From: Eledone cirrhosa
Lineage: Eukaryota
Assembly: GCA_964016885.1 (NCBI GenBank)
Contig: OZ024743.1
Location: 247,504,001 to 247,568,000, forward strand
DNA length: 64,000 nucleotides
Direction: 5' to 3'
The translations under genes and the position numbers were made by a program. Numbering within the stretch: the first letter of the stretch is position 1; each line of letters begins with the position of its first letter. Positions 1 to 12,875 of this stretch are shown here, in pieces. Below the pieces are notes generated by a model. The model saw only the letters and a program-made list of their open reading frames with translations. It searched no databases and was not told the DNA's origin.

Positions 1-154
1 CACACACAGCCAATGAATGTTTGCACAGGTACCACTAATTACAGATCGATCCGACCCCGGGCGGCCGGCCCGCGATTGAAAAGGTAACTCCGCCGGCAAA
101 TCGTCATTTTTGTGATCCGTTTTTTTCGAAGCACACCATTCGCCGCCGGACTTC

Positions 155-185
155 AGCTGCCTCATTTAGCATGGGCAGTTTTTTT
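155..185 (+). other. Hairpin followed by T7-8 tract in the B-monomer tail (representative; present in B monomers throughout 1-26799)
   Basis: agctgcc(t)cat-ttagc-atgggcagtt forms a roughly 10-bp stem with one bulge and one G-T pair, running directly into the poly-T. The structure is visible; function is not shown. Confidence 0.6.
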
Positions 186-190
186 GAAAA

Positions 191-387
191 TCACACCACA
201 CACAACCAATGTGTGTCTGCACATGTACCAGTAATTACAGATCGATCCGACCACGGGCGGCCGGCCCGCGATTGAAAAGGTAACTCCGCCGGCAAATCGT
301 CATTTTTGTGATCCGTTTTCTTCGAAGCACACCATTCGCCGCCGGACTTCAATTGCCTCATTTAGCATGGGCAGTTTTTTTTGAAAA
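191..387. repeat. 197-bp B monomer (representative)
   Basis: Shares about 158 bp with A, up to ggactt, then carries a 37-38-bp tail (consensus cagctgcctcatttagcatgggcagT7-8gaaaa) instead of the 69-bp A tail. Confidence 0.96.
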
Positions 388-614
388 TCACACCACACAC
401 AACCAATGTGTGTCTGCACATGTACCAGTAATTACAGATCGATCCGACCATGGGCGGCCGGCCCGCGATTGAAAAGGTAACTCCGCCGGCAAATCGTCAT
501 TTTTGGATTCGTTTTCTTGGAAGCACACCATTCGCCGGCGGACTTTGTTGACGTTTAACACGGTTTGGTTCCACAGCCACAACTATTGATTTTACGGAGA
601 TATCTTGCTGAAAT

Positions 615-1795
615 TCACGCCACACATAGCCAATGAGTGTCTGCACATGTACCAGTAATTACAGATCGATCCGACCACGGGTGGCCGGCCTGCGATTGAA
701 AATGTAACTCCGCCGGCAAATCGTCATTTTTGGATTCGTTTTCTTCGAAGCACACCATTCGCCGGCGGACTTTGTTGACGTTTAACACGGTTTGGTTCAA
801 CAGCCACAACTATTGATTTTACGGAGATATCTTGCTGAAATTCACGCCACACATAGCCAATGAGTGTCTGCACATGTACCAGTAATTACAGATCTATCCG
901 ACCACGGGCGGCCGGCCCACGATCGAAAAGGTAACTCCGCTGGCAAATCCGCATTTTTGTGATTCGTTTCTTCGAAGCACATTATTCGCCGGCGGACTTC
1001 AGCTTCCTCATTTAGCATGGGCAGTTTTTCTTGAAGATCACACCACACACAGCCAATGAGTGTCTGCACATGTACCAGTAATTACAGATCGATCCGACCC
1101 CGGGCGGCCGGCCCGCGATTGAAAAGGTAACTCCGCCGGCAAATCGTCATTTTTGTGATCCGTTTTCTTCGAAGCACACCATTCGCCGCCGGACTTCAGC
1201 TGCCTCATTTAGCATGGGCAGTTTTTTTGAAAATCACACCACACACATCCAATGTGTGTCTGCACATGTACCAGTAATTGCAGATCGATCCGACCACGGG
1301 CGGCCGGCCCGCGATTGAAAAGGTAACTCCGCCGGCAAATCGTCATTTTTGTGATCCGTTTTCTTCGAAGCACACCATTCGCCGCCGGACTTCAGCTGCC
1401 TCATTTAGCATGGGCAGTTTTTTTTGAAAATCACACCACACACAACCAATGTGTGTCTGCATATGTACCAGTAATTACAGATCGATCCGACCACGGGCGG
1501 CCGGCCCGCGATTGAAAAGGTAACTCCGCCGGCAAATCGTCATTTTTGTGATTCGTTTTCTTCGAAGCACACCATTCGCCGCCGGACTTCAGCTGCCTCA
1601 TTTAGCATGGGCAGTTTTTTTCGAAAATCACACCACACACAACCAATGTGTGTCTGCACAAGTACCAGTAATTACAGATCGATCCCACCACGAGTTCAAT
1701 GTAAACAAACTTACGCTCAACGACTTTGTTGACGTTTAACACGGTTTGGTTCCACAGCCACAACTATTGATTTTACGGAGATATCTTGCTGAAAT
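615..1795. repeat. 1181-bp 6-monomer HOR unit A-B'-B-B-B-C (representative; also at 2780, 5761, 11695)
   Basis: Monomer starts 615, 842, 1038, 1234, 1431, 1628. Diagnostic variants catccaat, taattgca, gcatatgt, ttcgaaaa and cacaagta are shared among the copies. Confidence 0.95.
1628..1795. repeat. 168-bp C monomer (representative of 21 copies, last at 26800-26967)
   Basis: B-type head, then the 29-bp core agttcaatgtaaacaaacttacgctcaac in place of the 88-bp GC-rich core, then the A-type tail; 227-88+29=168. Copies are marked by the 21 plus-strand 63-aa ORFs. Confidence 0.96.
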
Positions 1796-2779
1796 TCACG
1801 CCACACATAGCCAATGAGTGTCTGCACATGTACCAGTAATTACAGATCGATCCGACCACGGGCGGCCGGCCCGCGATTGAAAAGGTAACTCCGCCGGCAA
1901 ATCGTCATTTTTGGATTCGTTTTCTTCGAAGCACACCATTCGCCGGCGGACTTTGTTGACGTTTAACACGGTTTGGTTCCACAGCCACAACTATTGATTT
2001 TACGGAGATATCTTGCTGAACGTCACGTCACACATAGCCAATGAGTGTCTGCACAGGTACCAGTAATTACAGATCGATCCGCCCACGGGCGGACGGCCCA
2101 CGATCGAAAAGGTAACTCCGCTGGCAAAATCGCATTTTTGTGATTCGTTTCTTCGAAGCACATTATTCGCCGGCGGACTTCAGCTTCCACATTTAGCATG
2201 GGCAGTTTTTCTTGAAGATCACACCACACACAGCCAATGAATGTTTGCACAGATACCACTAATTACAGATCGATCCGACCCCGGGCGGCCGGCCCGCGAT
2301 TGAAAAGGTAACTCCGCCGGCAAATCGTCATTTTTGTGATCCGTTTTCTTCGAAGCACACCATTCGCCGCCGGACTTCAGCTGCCTCATTTAGCATGGGC
2401 AGTTTTTTTGAAAATCACACCACACACAACCAATGTGTGTCTGCACATGTACCAGTAATTACAGATCGATCCGACCACGGGCGGCCGGCCCGCGATTGAA
2501 AAGGTAACTCCGCCGGCAAATCGTCATTTTTGTGATCCGTTTTCTTCGAAGCACACCATTCGCCGCCGGACTTCAGCTGCCTCATTTAGCATGGGCAGTT
2601 TTTTTTGAAAATCACACCACACACAACCAATGTGTGTCTGCACATGTACCAGTAATTACAGATCGATCCCACCACGAGTTCAATGTAAACAAACTTACGC
2701 TCAACGACTTTGTTGACGTTTAACACGGTTTGGTTCCACAGCCACAACTATTGATTTTACGGAGATATCTTGCTGAAAT
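1796..2779. repeat. 984-bp 5-monomer HOR unit A-B'-B-B-C (representative, most frequent unit)
   Basis: Monomer starts 1796, 2023, 2219, 2415, 2612. Same structure at 3961, 6942, 9727, 10711, 12876, 15661, 18446, 21231 and 25227. Confidence 0.96.
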
Positions 2780-5700
2780 TCACGCCACACATAGCCAATG
2801 AGTGTCTGCACATGTACCAGTAATTACAGATCGATCCGACCAAGGGCGGCCGGCCCGCGATTGAAAAGGTAACTCCGCCGGCAAATCGTCATTTTTGGAT
2901 TCGTTTTCTTCGAAGCACACCATTCGCCGGCGGACTTTGTTGACGTTTAACACGGTTTGGTTCCACAGCCACAACTATTGATTTTACGGAGATATCTTGC
3001 TGAACTTCACGCCACACATAGCCAATGAGTGTCTGCACATGTACCAGTAATTACAGATCTATCCGACCACGGGCGGCCGGCCCACGATCGAAAAGGTAAC
3101 TCCGCTGGCAAATCCGCATTTTTGTGATTCGTTTCTTCGAAGCACATTATTCGCCGGCGGACTTCAGCTTCCTCATTTAGCATGGGCAGTTTTTCTTGAA
3201 GATCACACCACACACAGCCAATGAGTGTCTGCACATGTACCAGTAATTACAGATCGATCCGACCCCGGGCGGCCGGCCCGCGATTGAAAAGGTAACTCCG
3301 CCGGCAAATCGTCATTTTTGTGATCCGTTTTCTTCGAAGCACACCATTCGCCGCCGGACTTCAGCTGCCTCATTTAGCATGGGCAGTTTTTTTGAAAATC
3401 ACACCACACACATCCAATGTGTGTCTGCACATGTACCAGTAATTGCAGATCGATCCGACCACGGGCGGCCGGCCCGCGATTGAAAAGGTAACTCCGCCGG
3501 CAAATCGTCATTTTTGTGATCCGTTTTCTTCGAAGCACACCATTCGCCGCCGGACTTCAGCTGCCTCATTTAGCATGGGCAGTTTTTTTTGAAAATCACA
3601 CCACACACAACCAATGTGTGTCTGCATATGTACCAGTAATTACAGATCGATCCGACCACGGGCGGCCGGCCCGCGATTGAAAAGGTAACTCCGCCGGCAA
3701 ATCGTCATTTTTGTGATTCGTTTTCTTCGAAGCACACCATTCGCCGCCGGACTTCAGCTGCCTCATTTAGCATGGGCAGTTTTTTTCGAAAATCACACCA
3801 CACACAACCAATGTGTGTCTGCACAAGTACCAGTAATTACAGATCGATCCCACCACGAGTTCAATGTAAACAAACTTACGCTCAACGACTTTGTTGACGT
3901 TTAACACGGTTTGGTTCCACAGCCACAACTATTGATTTTACGGAGATATCTTGCTGAAATTCACGCCACACATAGCCAATGAGTGTCTGCACATGTACCA
4001 GTAATTACAGATCGATCCGACCACGGGCGGCCGGCCCGCGATTGAAAAGGTAACTCCGCCGGCAAATCGTCATTTTTGGATTCGTTTTCTTCGAAGCACA
4101 CCATTCGCCGGCGGACTTTGTTGACGTTTAACACGGTTTGGTTCCACAGCCACAACTATTGATTTTACGGAGATATCTTGCTGAACGTCACGTCACACAT
4201 AGCCAATGAGTGTCTGCACAGGTACCAGTAATTACAGATCGATCCGCCCACGGGCGGACGGCCCACGATCGAAAAGGTAACTCCGCTGGCAAAATCGCAT
4301 TTTTGTGATTCGTTTCTTCGAAGCACATTATTCGCCGGCGGACTTCAGCTTCCACATTTAGCATGGGCAGTTTTTCTTGAAGATCACACCACACACAGCC
4401 AATGAATGTTTGCACAGATACCACTAATTACAGATCGATCCGACCCCGGGCGGCCGGCCCGCGATTGAAAAGGTAACTCCGCCGGCAAATCGTCATTTTT
4501 GTGATCCGTTTTCTTCGAAGCACACCATTCGCCGCCGGACTTCAGCTGCCTCATTTAGCATGGGCAGTTTTTTTGAAAATCACACCACACACAACCAATG
4601 TGTGTCTGCACATGTACCAGTAATTACAGATCGATCCGACCACGGGCGGCCGGCCCGCGATTGAAAAGGTAACTCCGCCGGCAAATCGTCATTTTTGTGA
4701 TCCGTTTTCTTCGAAGCACACCATTCGCCGCCGGACTTCAGCTGCCTCATTTAGCATGGGCAGTTTTTTTTGAAAATCACACCACACACAACCAATGTGT
4801 GTCTGCACATGTACCAGTAATTACAGATCGATCCCACCACGAGTTCAATGTAAACAAACTTACGCTCAACGACTTTGTTGACGTTTAACACGGTTTGGTT
4901 CCACAGCCACAACTATTGATTTTACGGAGATATCTTGCTGAAATTCACGCCACACATAGCCAATGAGTGTCTGCACATGTACCAGTAATTACAGATCGAT
5001 CCGACCAAGGGCGGCCGGCCCGCGATTGAAAAGGTAACTCCGCCGGCAAATCGTCATTTTTGGATTCGTTTTCTTCGAAGCACACCATTCGCCGGCGGAC
5101 TTTGTTGACGTTTAACACGGTTTGGTTCCACAGCCACAACTATTGATTTTACGGAGATATCTTGCTGAACTTCACGTCACACATAGCCAATGAGTGTCTG
5201 CACAGGTACCAGTAATTACAGATCGATCCGCCCACGGGCGGCCGGCCCACGATCGAAAAGGTAACTCCGCTGGCAAATCCGCATTTTTGTGATTCGTTTC
5301 TTCGAAGCACATTATTCGCCGGCGGACTTCAGCTTCCACATTTAGCATGGGCAGTTTTTCTTGAAGATCACACCACACACAGCCAATGAATGTTTGCACA
5401 GGTACCACTAATTACAGATCGATCCGACCCCGGGCGGCCGGCCCGCGATTGAAAAGGTAACTCCGCCGGCAAATCGTCATTTTTGTGATCCGTTTTCTTC
5501 GAAGCACACCATTCGCCGCCGGACTTCAGCTGCCTCATTTAGCATGGGCAGTTTTTTTGAAAATCACACCACACACAACCAATGTGTGTCTGCACATGTA
5601 CCAGTAATTACAGATCGATCCGACCACGGGCGGCCGGCCCGCGATTGAAAAGGTAACTCCGCCGGCAAATCGTCATTTTTGTGATCCGTTTTCTTCGAAG

Positions 5701-8700
5701 CACACCATTCGCCGCCGGACTTCAGCTGCCTCATTTAGCATGGGCAGTTTTTTTTGAAAATCACACCACACACAACCAATGTGTGTCTGCACATGTACCA
5801 GTAATTACAGATCGATCCGACCATGGGCGGCCGGCCGGCGATTGAAAAGGTAACTCCGCCGGCAAATCGTCATTTTTGGATTCGTTTTCTTGGAAGCACA
5901 CCATTCGCCGGCGGACTTTGTTGACGTTTAACACGGTTTGGTTCCACAGCCACAACTATTGATTTTACGGAGATATCTTGCTGAAATTCACGCCACACAT
6001 AGCCAATGAGTGTCTGCACAGGTACCAGTAATTACAGATCGATCCGCCCACGGGCGGCCGGCCCAGGATCGAAAAGGTAACTCCGCTGGCAAATCCGCAT
6101 TTTTGTGATTCGTTTCTTCGAAGCACATTATTCGCCGGCGGACTTCAGCTTCCACATTTAGCATGGGCAGTTTTTCTTGAAGATCACACCACACACAACC
6201 AATGTGTGTCTGCACATGTACCAGTAATTACAGATCGATCCGACCCCGGGCGGCCGGCCCGCGATTGAAAAGGTAACTCCGCCGGCAAATCGTCATTTTT
6301 GTGATCCGTTTTCTTCGAAGCACACCATTCGCCGCCGGACTTCAGCTGCCTCATTTAGCATGGGCAGTTTTTTTGAAAATCACACCACACACATCCAATG
6401 TGTGTCTGCACATGTACCAGTAATTGCAGATCGATCCGACCACGGGCGGCCGGCCCGCGATTGAAAAGGTAACTCCGCCGGCAAATCGTCATTTTTGTGA
6501 TCCGTTTTCTTCGAAGCACACCATTCGCCGCCGGACTTCAGCTGCCTCATTTAGCATGGGCAGTTTTTTTTGAAAATCACACCACACACAACCAATGTGT
6601 GTCTGCATATGTACCAGTAATTACAGATCGATCCGACCACGGGCGGCCGGCCCGCGATTGAAAAGGTAACTCCGCCGGCAAATCGTCATTTTTGTGATTC
6701 GTTTTCTTCGAAGCACACCATTCGCCGCCGGACTTCAGCTGCCTCATTTAGCATGGGCAGTTTTTTTCGAAAATCACACCACACACAACCAATGTGTGTC
6801 TGCACAAGTACCAGTAATTACAGATCGATCCCACCACGAGTTCAATGTAAACAAACTTACGCTCAACGACTTTGTTGACGTTTAACACGGTTTGGTTCCA
6901 CAGCCACAACTATTGATTTTACGGAGATATCTTGCTGAAATTCACGCCACACATAGCCAATGAGTGTCTGCACATGTACCAGTAATTACAGATCGATCCG
7001 ACCACGGGCGGCCGGCCCGCGATTGAAAAGGTAACTCCGCCGGCAAATCGTCATTTTTGGATTCGTTTTCTTCGAAGCACACCATTCGCCGGCGGACTTT
7101 GTTGACGTTTAACACGGTTTGGTTCCACAGCCACAACTATTGATTTTACGGAGATATCTTGCTGAACGTCACGTCACACATAGCCAATGAGTGTCTGCAC
7201 AGGTACCAGTAATTACAGATCGATCCGCCCACGGGCGGACGGCCCACGATCGAAAAGGTAACTCCGCTGGCAAAATCGCATTTTTGTGATTCGTTTCTTC
7301 GAAGCACATTATTCGCCGGCGGACTTCAGCTTCCACATTTAGCATGGGCAGTTTTTCTTGAAGATCACACCACACACAGCCAATGAATGTTTGCACAGAT
7401 ACCACTAATTACAGATCGATCCGACCCCGGGCGGCCGGCCCGCGATTGAAAAGGTAACTCCGCCGGCAAATCGTCATTTTTGTGATCCGTTTTCTTCGAA
7501 GCACACCATTCGCCGCCGGACTTCAGCTGCCTCATTTAGCATGGGCAGTTTTTTTGAAAATCACACCACACACAACCAATGTGTGTCTGCACATGTACCA
7601 GTAATTACAGATCGATCCGACCACGGGCGGCCGGCCCGCGATTGAAAAGGTAACTCCGCCGGCAAATCGTCATTTTTGTGATCCGTTTTCTTCGAAGCAC
7701 ACCATTCGCCGCCGGACTTCAGCTGCCTCATTTAGCATGGGCAGTTTTTTTTGAAAATCACACCACACACAACCAATGTGTGTCTGCACATGTACCAGTA
7801 ATTACAGATCGATCCCACCACGAGTTCAATGTAAACAAACTTACGCTCAACGACTTTGTTGACGTTTAACACGGTTTGGTTCCACAGCCACAACTATTGA
7901 TTTTACGGAGATATCTTGCTGAAATTCACGCCACACATAGCCAATGAGTGTCTGCACATGTACCAGTAATTACAGATCGATCCGACCAAGGGCGGCCGGC
8001 CCGCGATTGAAAAGGTAACTCCGCCGGCAAATCGTCATTTTTGGATTCGTTTTCTTCGAAGCACACCATTCGCCGGCGGACTTTGTTGACGTTTAACACG
8101 GTTTGGTTCCACAGCCACAACTATTGATTTTACGGAGATATCTTGCTGAACTTCACGTCACACATAGCCAATGAGTGTCTGCACAGGTACCAGTAATTAC
8201 AGATCGATCCGCCCACGGGCGGCCGGCCCACGATCGAAAAGGTAACTCCGCTGGCAAATCCGCATTTTTGTGATTCGTTTCTTCGAAGCACATTATTCGC
8301 CGGCGGACTTCAGCTTCCACATTTAGCATGGGCAGTTTTTCTTGAAGATCACACCACACACAGCCAATGAATGTTTGCACAGGTACCACTAATTACAGAT
8401 CGATCCGACCCCGGGCGGCCGGCCCGCGATTGAAAAGGTAACTCCGCCGGCAAATCGTCATTTTTGTGATCCGTTTTCTTCGAAGCACACCATTCGCCGC
8501 CGGACTTCAGCTGCCTCATTTAGCATGGGCAGTTTTTTTGAAAATCACACCACACACAACCAATGTGTGTCTGCACATGTACCAGTAATTACAGATCGAT
8601 CCGACCACGGGCGGCCGGCCCGCGATTGAAAAGGTAACTCCGCCGGCAAATCGTCATTTTTGTGATCCGTTTTCTTCGAAGCACACCATTCGCCGCCGGA

Positions 8701-11700
8701 CTTCAGCTGCCTCATTTAGCATGGGCAGTTTTTTTTGAAAATCACACCACACACAACCAATGTGTGTCTGCACATGTACCAGTAATTACAGATCGATCCG
8801 ACCATGGGCGGCCGGCCGGCGATTGAAAAGGTAACTCCGCCGGCAAATCGTCATTTTTGGATTCGTTTTCTTGGAAGCACACCATTCGCCGGCGGACTTT
8901 GTTGACGTTTAACACGGTTTGGTTCCACAGCCACAACTATTGATTTTACGGAGATATCTTGCTGAAATTCACGCCACACATAGCCAATGAGTGTCTGCAC
9001 AGGTACCAGTAATTACAGATCGATCCGCCCACGGGCGGCCGGCCCAGGATCGAAAAGGTAACTCCGCTGGCAAATCCGCATTTTTGTGATTCGTTTCTTC
9101 GAAGCACATTATTCGCCGGCGGACTTCAGCTTCCACATTTAGCATGGGCAGTTTTTCTTGAAGATCACACCACACACAACCAATGTGTGTCTGCACATGT
9201 ACCAGTAATTACAGATCGATCCGACCACGGGCGGCCGGCCCGCGATTGAAAAGGTAACTCCGCCGGCAAATCGTCATTTTTGTGATTCGTTTTCTTCGAA
9301 GCACACCATTCGCCGCCGGACTTAAGCTGCCTCATTTATCATGGGCAGTTTTTTTTGAAAATCACACCACACACAACCAATGTGTGTCTGCACATGTACC
9401 AGTAATTACAGATCGATCCGACCACGGGCGGCCGGCCCGCGATTGAAAAGGTAACTCCGCCGGCAAATCGTCATTTTTGTGATTCGTTTTCTTCGAAGCA
9501 CACCATTCGCCGCCGGACTTCAGCTGCCTCATTTAGCATGGGCAGTTTTTTTTGAAAATAACACCACACACAACCAATGTGTGTCTGCACATGTACCAGT
9601 AATTACAGATCGATCCCACCACGAGTTCAATGTAAACAAACTTACGCTCAACGACTTTGTTGACGTTTAACACGGTTTGGTTCCACAGCCACAACTATTG
9701 ATTTTACGGAGATATCTTGCTGAAATTCACGCCACACATAGCCAATGAGTGTCTGCACATGTACCAGTAATTACAGATCGATCCGACCACGGGCGGCCGG
9801 CCCGCGATTGAAAAGGTAACTCCGCCGGCAAATCGTCATTTTTGGATTCGTTTTCTTCGAAGCACACCATTCGCCGGCGGACTTTGTTGACGTTTAACAC
9901 GGTTTGGTTCCACAGCCACAACTATTGATTTTACGGAGATATCTTGCTGAACGTCACGTCACACATAGCCAATGAGTGTCTGCACAGGTACCAGTAATTA
10001 CAGATCGATCCGCCCACGGGCGGACGGCCCACGATCGAAAAGGTAACTCCGCTGGCAAAATCGCATTTTTGTGATTCGTTTCTTCGAAGCACATTATTCG
10101 CCGGCGGACTTCAGCTTCCACATTTAGCATGGGCAGTTTTTCTTGAAGATCACACCACACACAGCCAATGAATGTTTGCACAGATACCACTAATTACAGA
10201 TCGATCCGACCCCGGGCGGCCGGCCCGCGATTGAAAAGGTAACTCCGCCGGCAAATCGTCATTTTTGTGATCCGTTTTCTTCGAAGCACACCATTCGCCG
10301 CCGGACTTCAGCTGCCTCATTTAGCATGGGCAGTTTTTTTGAAAATCACACCACACACAACCAATGTGTGTCTGCACATGTACCAGTAATTACAGATCGA
10401 TCCGACCACGGGCGGCCGGCCCGCGATTGAAAAGGTAACTCCGCCGGCAAATCGTCATTTTTGTGATCCGTTTTCTTCGAAGCACACCATTCGCCGCCGG
10501 ACTTCAGCTGCCTCATTTAGCATGGGCAGTTTTTTTTGAAAATCACACCACACACAACCAATGTGTGTCTGCACATGTACCAGTAATTACAGATCGATCC
10601 CACCACGAGTTCAATGTAAACAAACTTACGCTCAACGACTTTGTTGACGTTTAACACGGTTTGGTTCCACAGCCACAACTATTGATTTTACGGAGATATC
10701 TTGCTGAAATTCACGCCACACATAGCCAATGAGTGTCTGCACATGTACCAGTAATTACAGATCGATCCGACCACGGGCGGCCGGCCCGCGATTGAAAAGG
10801 TAACTCCGCCGGCAAATCGTCATTTTTGGATTCGTTTTCTTCGAAGCACACCATTCGCCGGCGGACTTTGTTGACGTTTAACACGGTTTGGTTCCACAGC
10901 CACAACTATTGATTTTACGGAGATATCTTGCTGAACGTCACGTCACACATAGCCAATGAGTGTCTGCACAGGTACCAGTAATTACAGATCGATCCGCCCA
11001 CGGGCGGACGGCCCACGATCGAAAAGGTAACTCCGCTGGCAAAATCGCATTTTTGTGATTCGTTTCTTCGAAGCACATTATTCGCCGGCGGACTTCAGCT
11101 TCCACATTTAGCATGGGCAGTTTTTCTTGAAGATCACACCACACACAGCCAATGAATGTTTGCACAGATACCACTAATTACAGATCGATCCGACCCCGGG
11201 CGGCCGGCCCGCGATTGAAAAGGTAACTCCGCCGGCAAATCGTCATTTTTGTGATCCGTTTTCTTCGAAGCACACCATTCGCCGCCGGACTTCAGCTGCC
11301 TCATTTAGCATGGGCAGTTTTTTTGAAAATCACACCACACACAACCAATGTGTGTCTGCACATGTACCAGTAATTACAGATCGATCCGACCACGGGCGGC
11401 CGGCCCGCGATTGAAAAGGTAACTCCGCCGGCAAATCGTCATTTTTGTGATCCGTTTTCTTCGAAGCACACCATTCGCCGCCGGACTTCAGCTGCCTCAT
11501 TTAGCATGGGCAGTTTTTTTTGAAAATCACACCACACACAACCAATGTGTGTCTGCACATGTACCAGTAATTACAGATCGATCCCACCACGAGTTCAATG
11601 TAAACAAACTTACGCTCAACGACTTTGTTGACGTTTAACACGGTTTGGTTCCACAGCCACAACTATTGATTTTACGGAGATATCTTGCTGAAATTCACGC

Positions 11701-12875
11701 CACACATAGCCAATGAGTGTCTGCACATGTACCAGTAATTACAGATCGATCCGACCAAGGGCGGCCGGCCCGCGATTGAAAAGGTAACTCCGCCGGCAAA
11801 TCGTCATTTTTGGATTCGTTTTCTTCGAAGCACACCATTCGCCGGCGGACTTTGTTGACGTTTAACACGGTTTGGTTCCACAGCCACAACTATTGATTTT
11901 ACGGAGATATCTTGCTGAACTTCACGCCACACATAGCCAATGAGTGTCTGCACATGTACCAGTAATTACAGATCTATCCGACCACGGGCGGCCGGCCCAC
12001 GATCGAAAAGGTAACTCCGCTGGCAAATCCGCATTTTTGTGATTCGTTTCTTCGAAGCACATTATTCGCCGGCGGACTTCAGCTTCCTCATTTAGCATGG
12101 GCAGTTTTTCTTGAAGATCACACCACACACAGCCAATGAGTGTCTGCACATGTACCAGTAATTACAGATCGATCCGACCCCGGGCGGCCGGCCCGCGATT
12201 GAAAAGGTAACTCCGCCGGCAAATCGTCATTTTTGTGATCCGTTTTCTTCGAAGCACACCATTCGCCGCCGGACTTCAGCTGCCTCATTTAGCATGGGCA
12301 GTTTTTTTGAAAATCACACCACACACATCCAATGTGTGTCTGCACATGTACCAGTAATTGCAGATCGATCCGACCACGGGCGGCCGGCCCGCGATTGAAA
12401 AGGTAACTCCGCCGGCAAATCGTCATTTTTGTGATCCGTTTTCTTCGAAGCACACCATTCGCCGCCGGACTTCAGCTGCCTCATTTAGCATGGGCAGTTT
12501 TTTTTGAAAATCACACCACACACAACCAATGTGTGTCTGCATATGTACCAGTAATTACAGATCGATCCGACCACGGGCGGCCGGCCCGCGATTGAAAAGG
12601 TAACTCCGCCGGCAAATCGTCATTTTTGTGATTCGTTTTCTTCGAAGCACACCATTCGCCGCCGGACTTCAGCTGCCTCATTTAGCATGGGCAGTTTTTT
12701 TCGAAAATCACACCACACACAACCAATGTGTGTCTGCACAAGTACCAGTAATTACAGATCGATCCCACCACGAGTTCAATGTAAACAAACTTACGCTCAA
12801 CGACTTTGTTGACGTTTAACACGGTTTGGTTCCACAGCCACAACTATTGATTTTACGGAGATATCTTGCTGAAAT

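Larger units (their letters stand above)
615..4944. repeat. 2165-bp super-repeat (1181+984), two tandem copies
   Basis: ORF and variant positions recur at +2165: 842/3007, 1548/3713, 2023/4188, 2532/4697. Confidence 0.92.

Noticed and set aside
155-185. Bacterial rho-independent terminator annotation
   Set aside because: The shape fits, but there is no upstream gene and the context is a eukaryote-style satellite. It is kept only as a structural observation.
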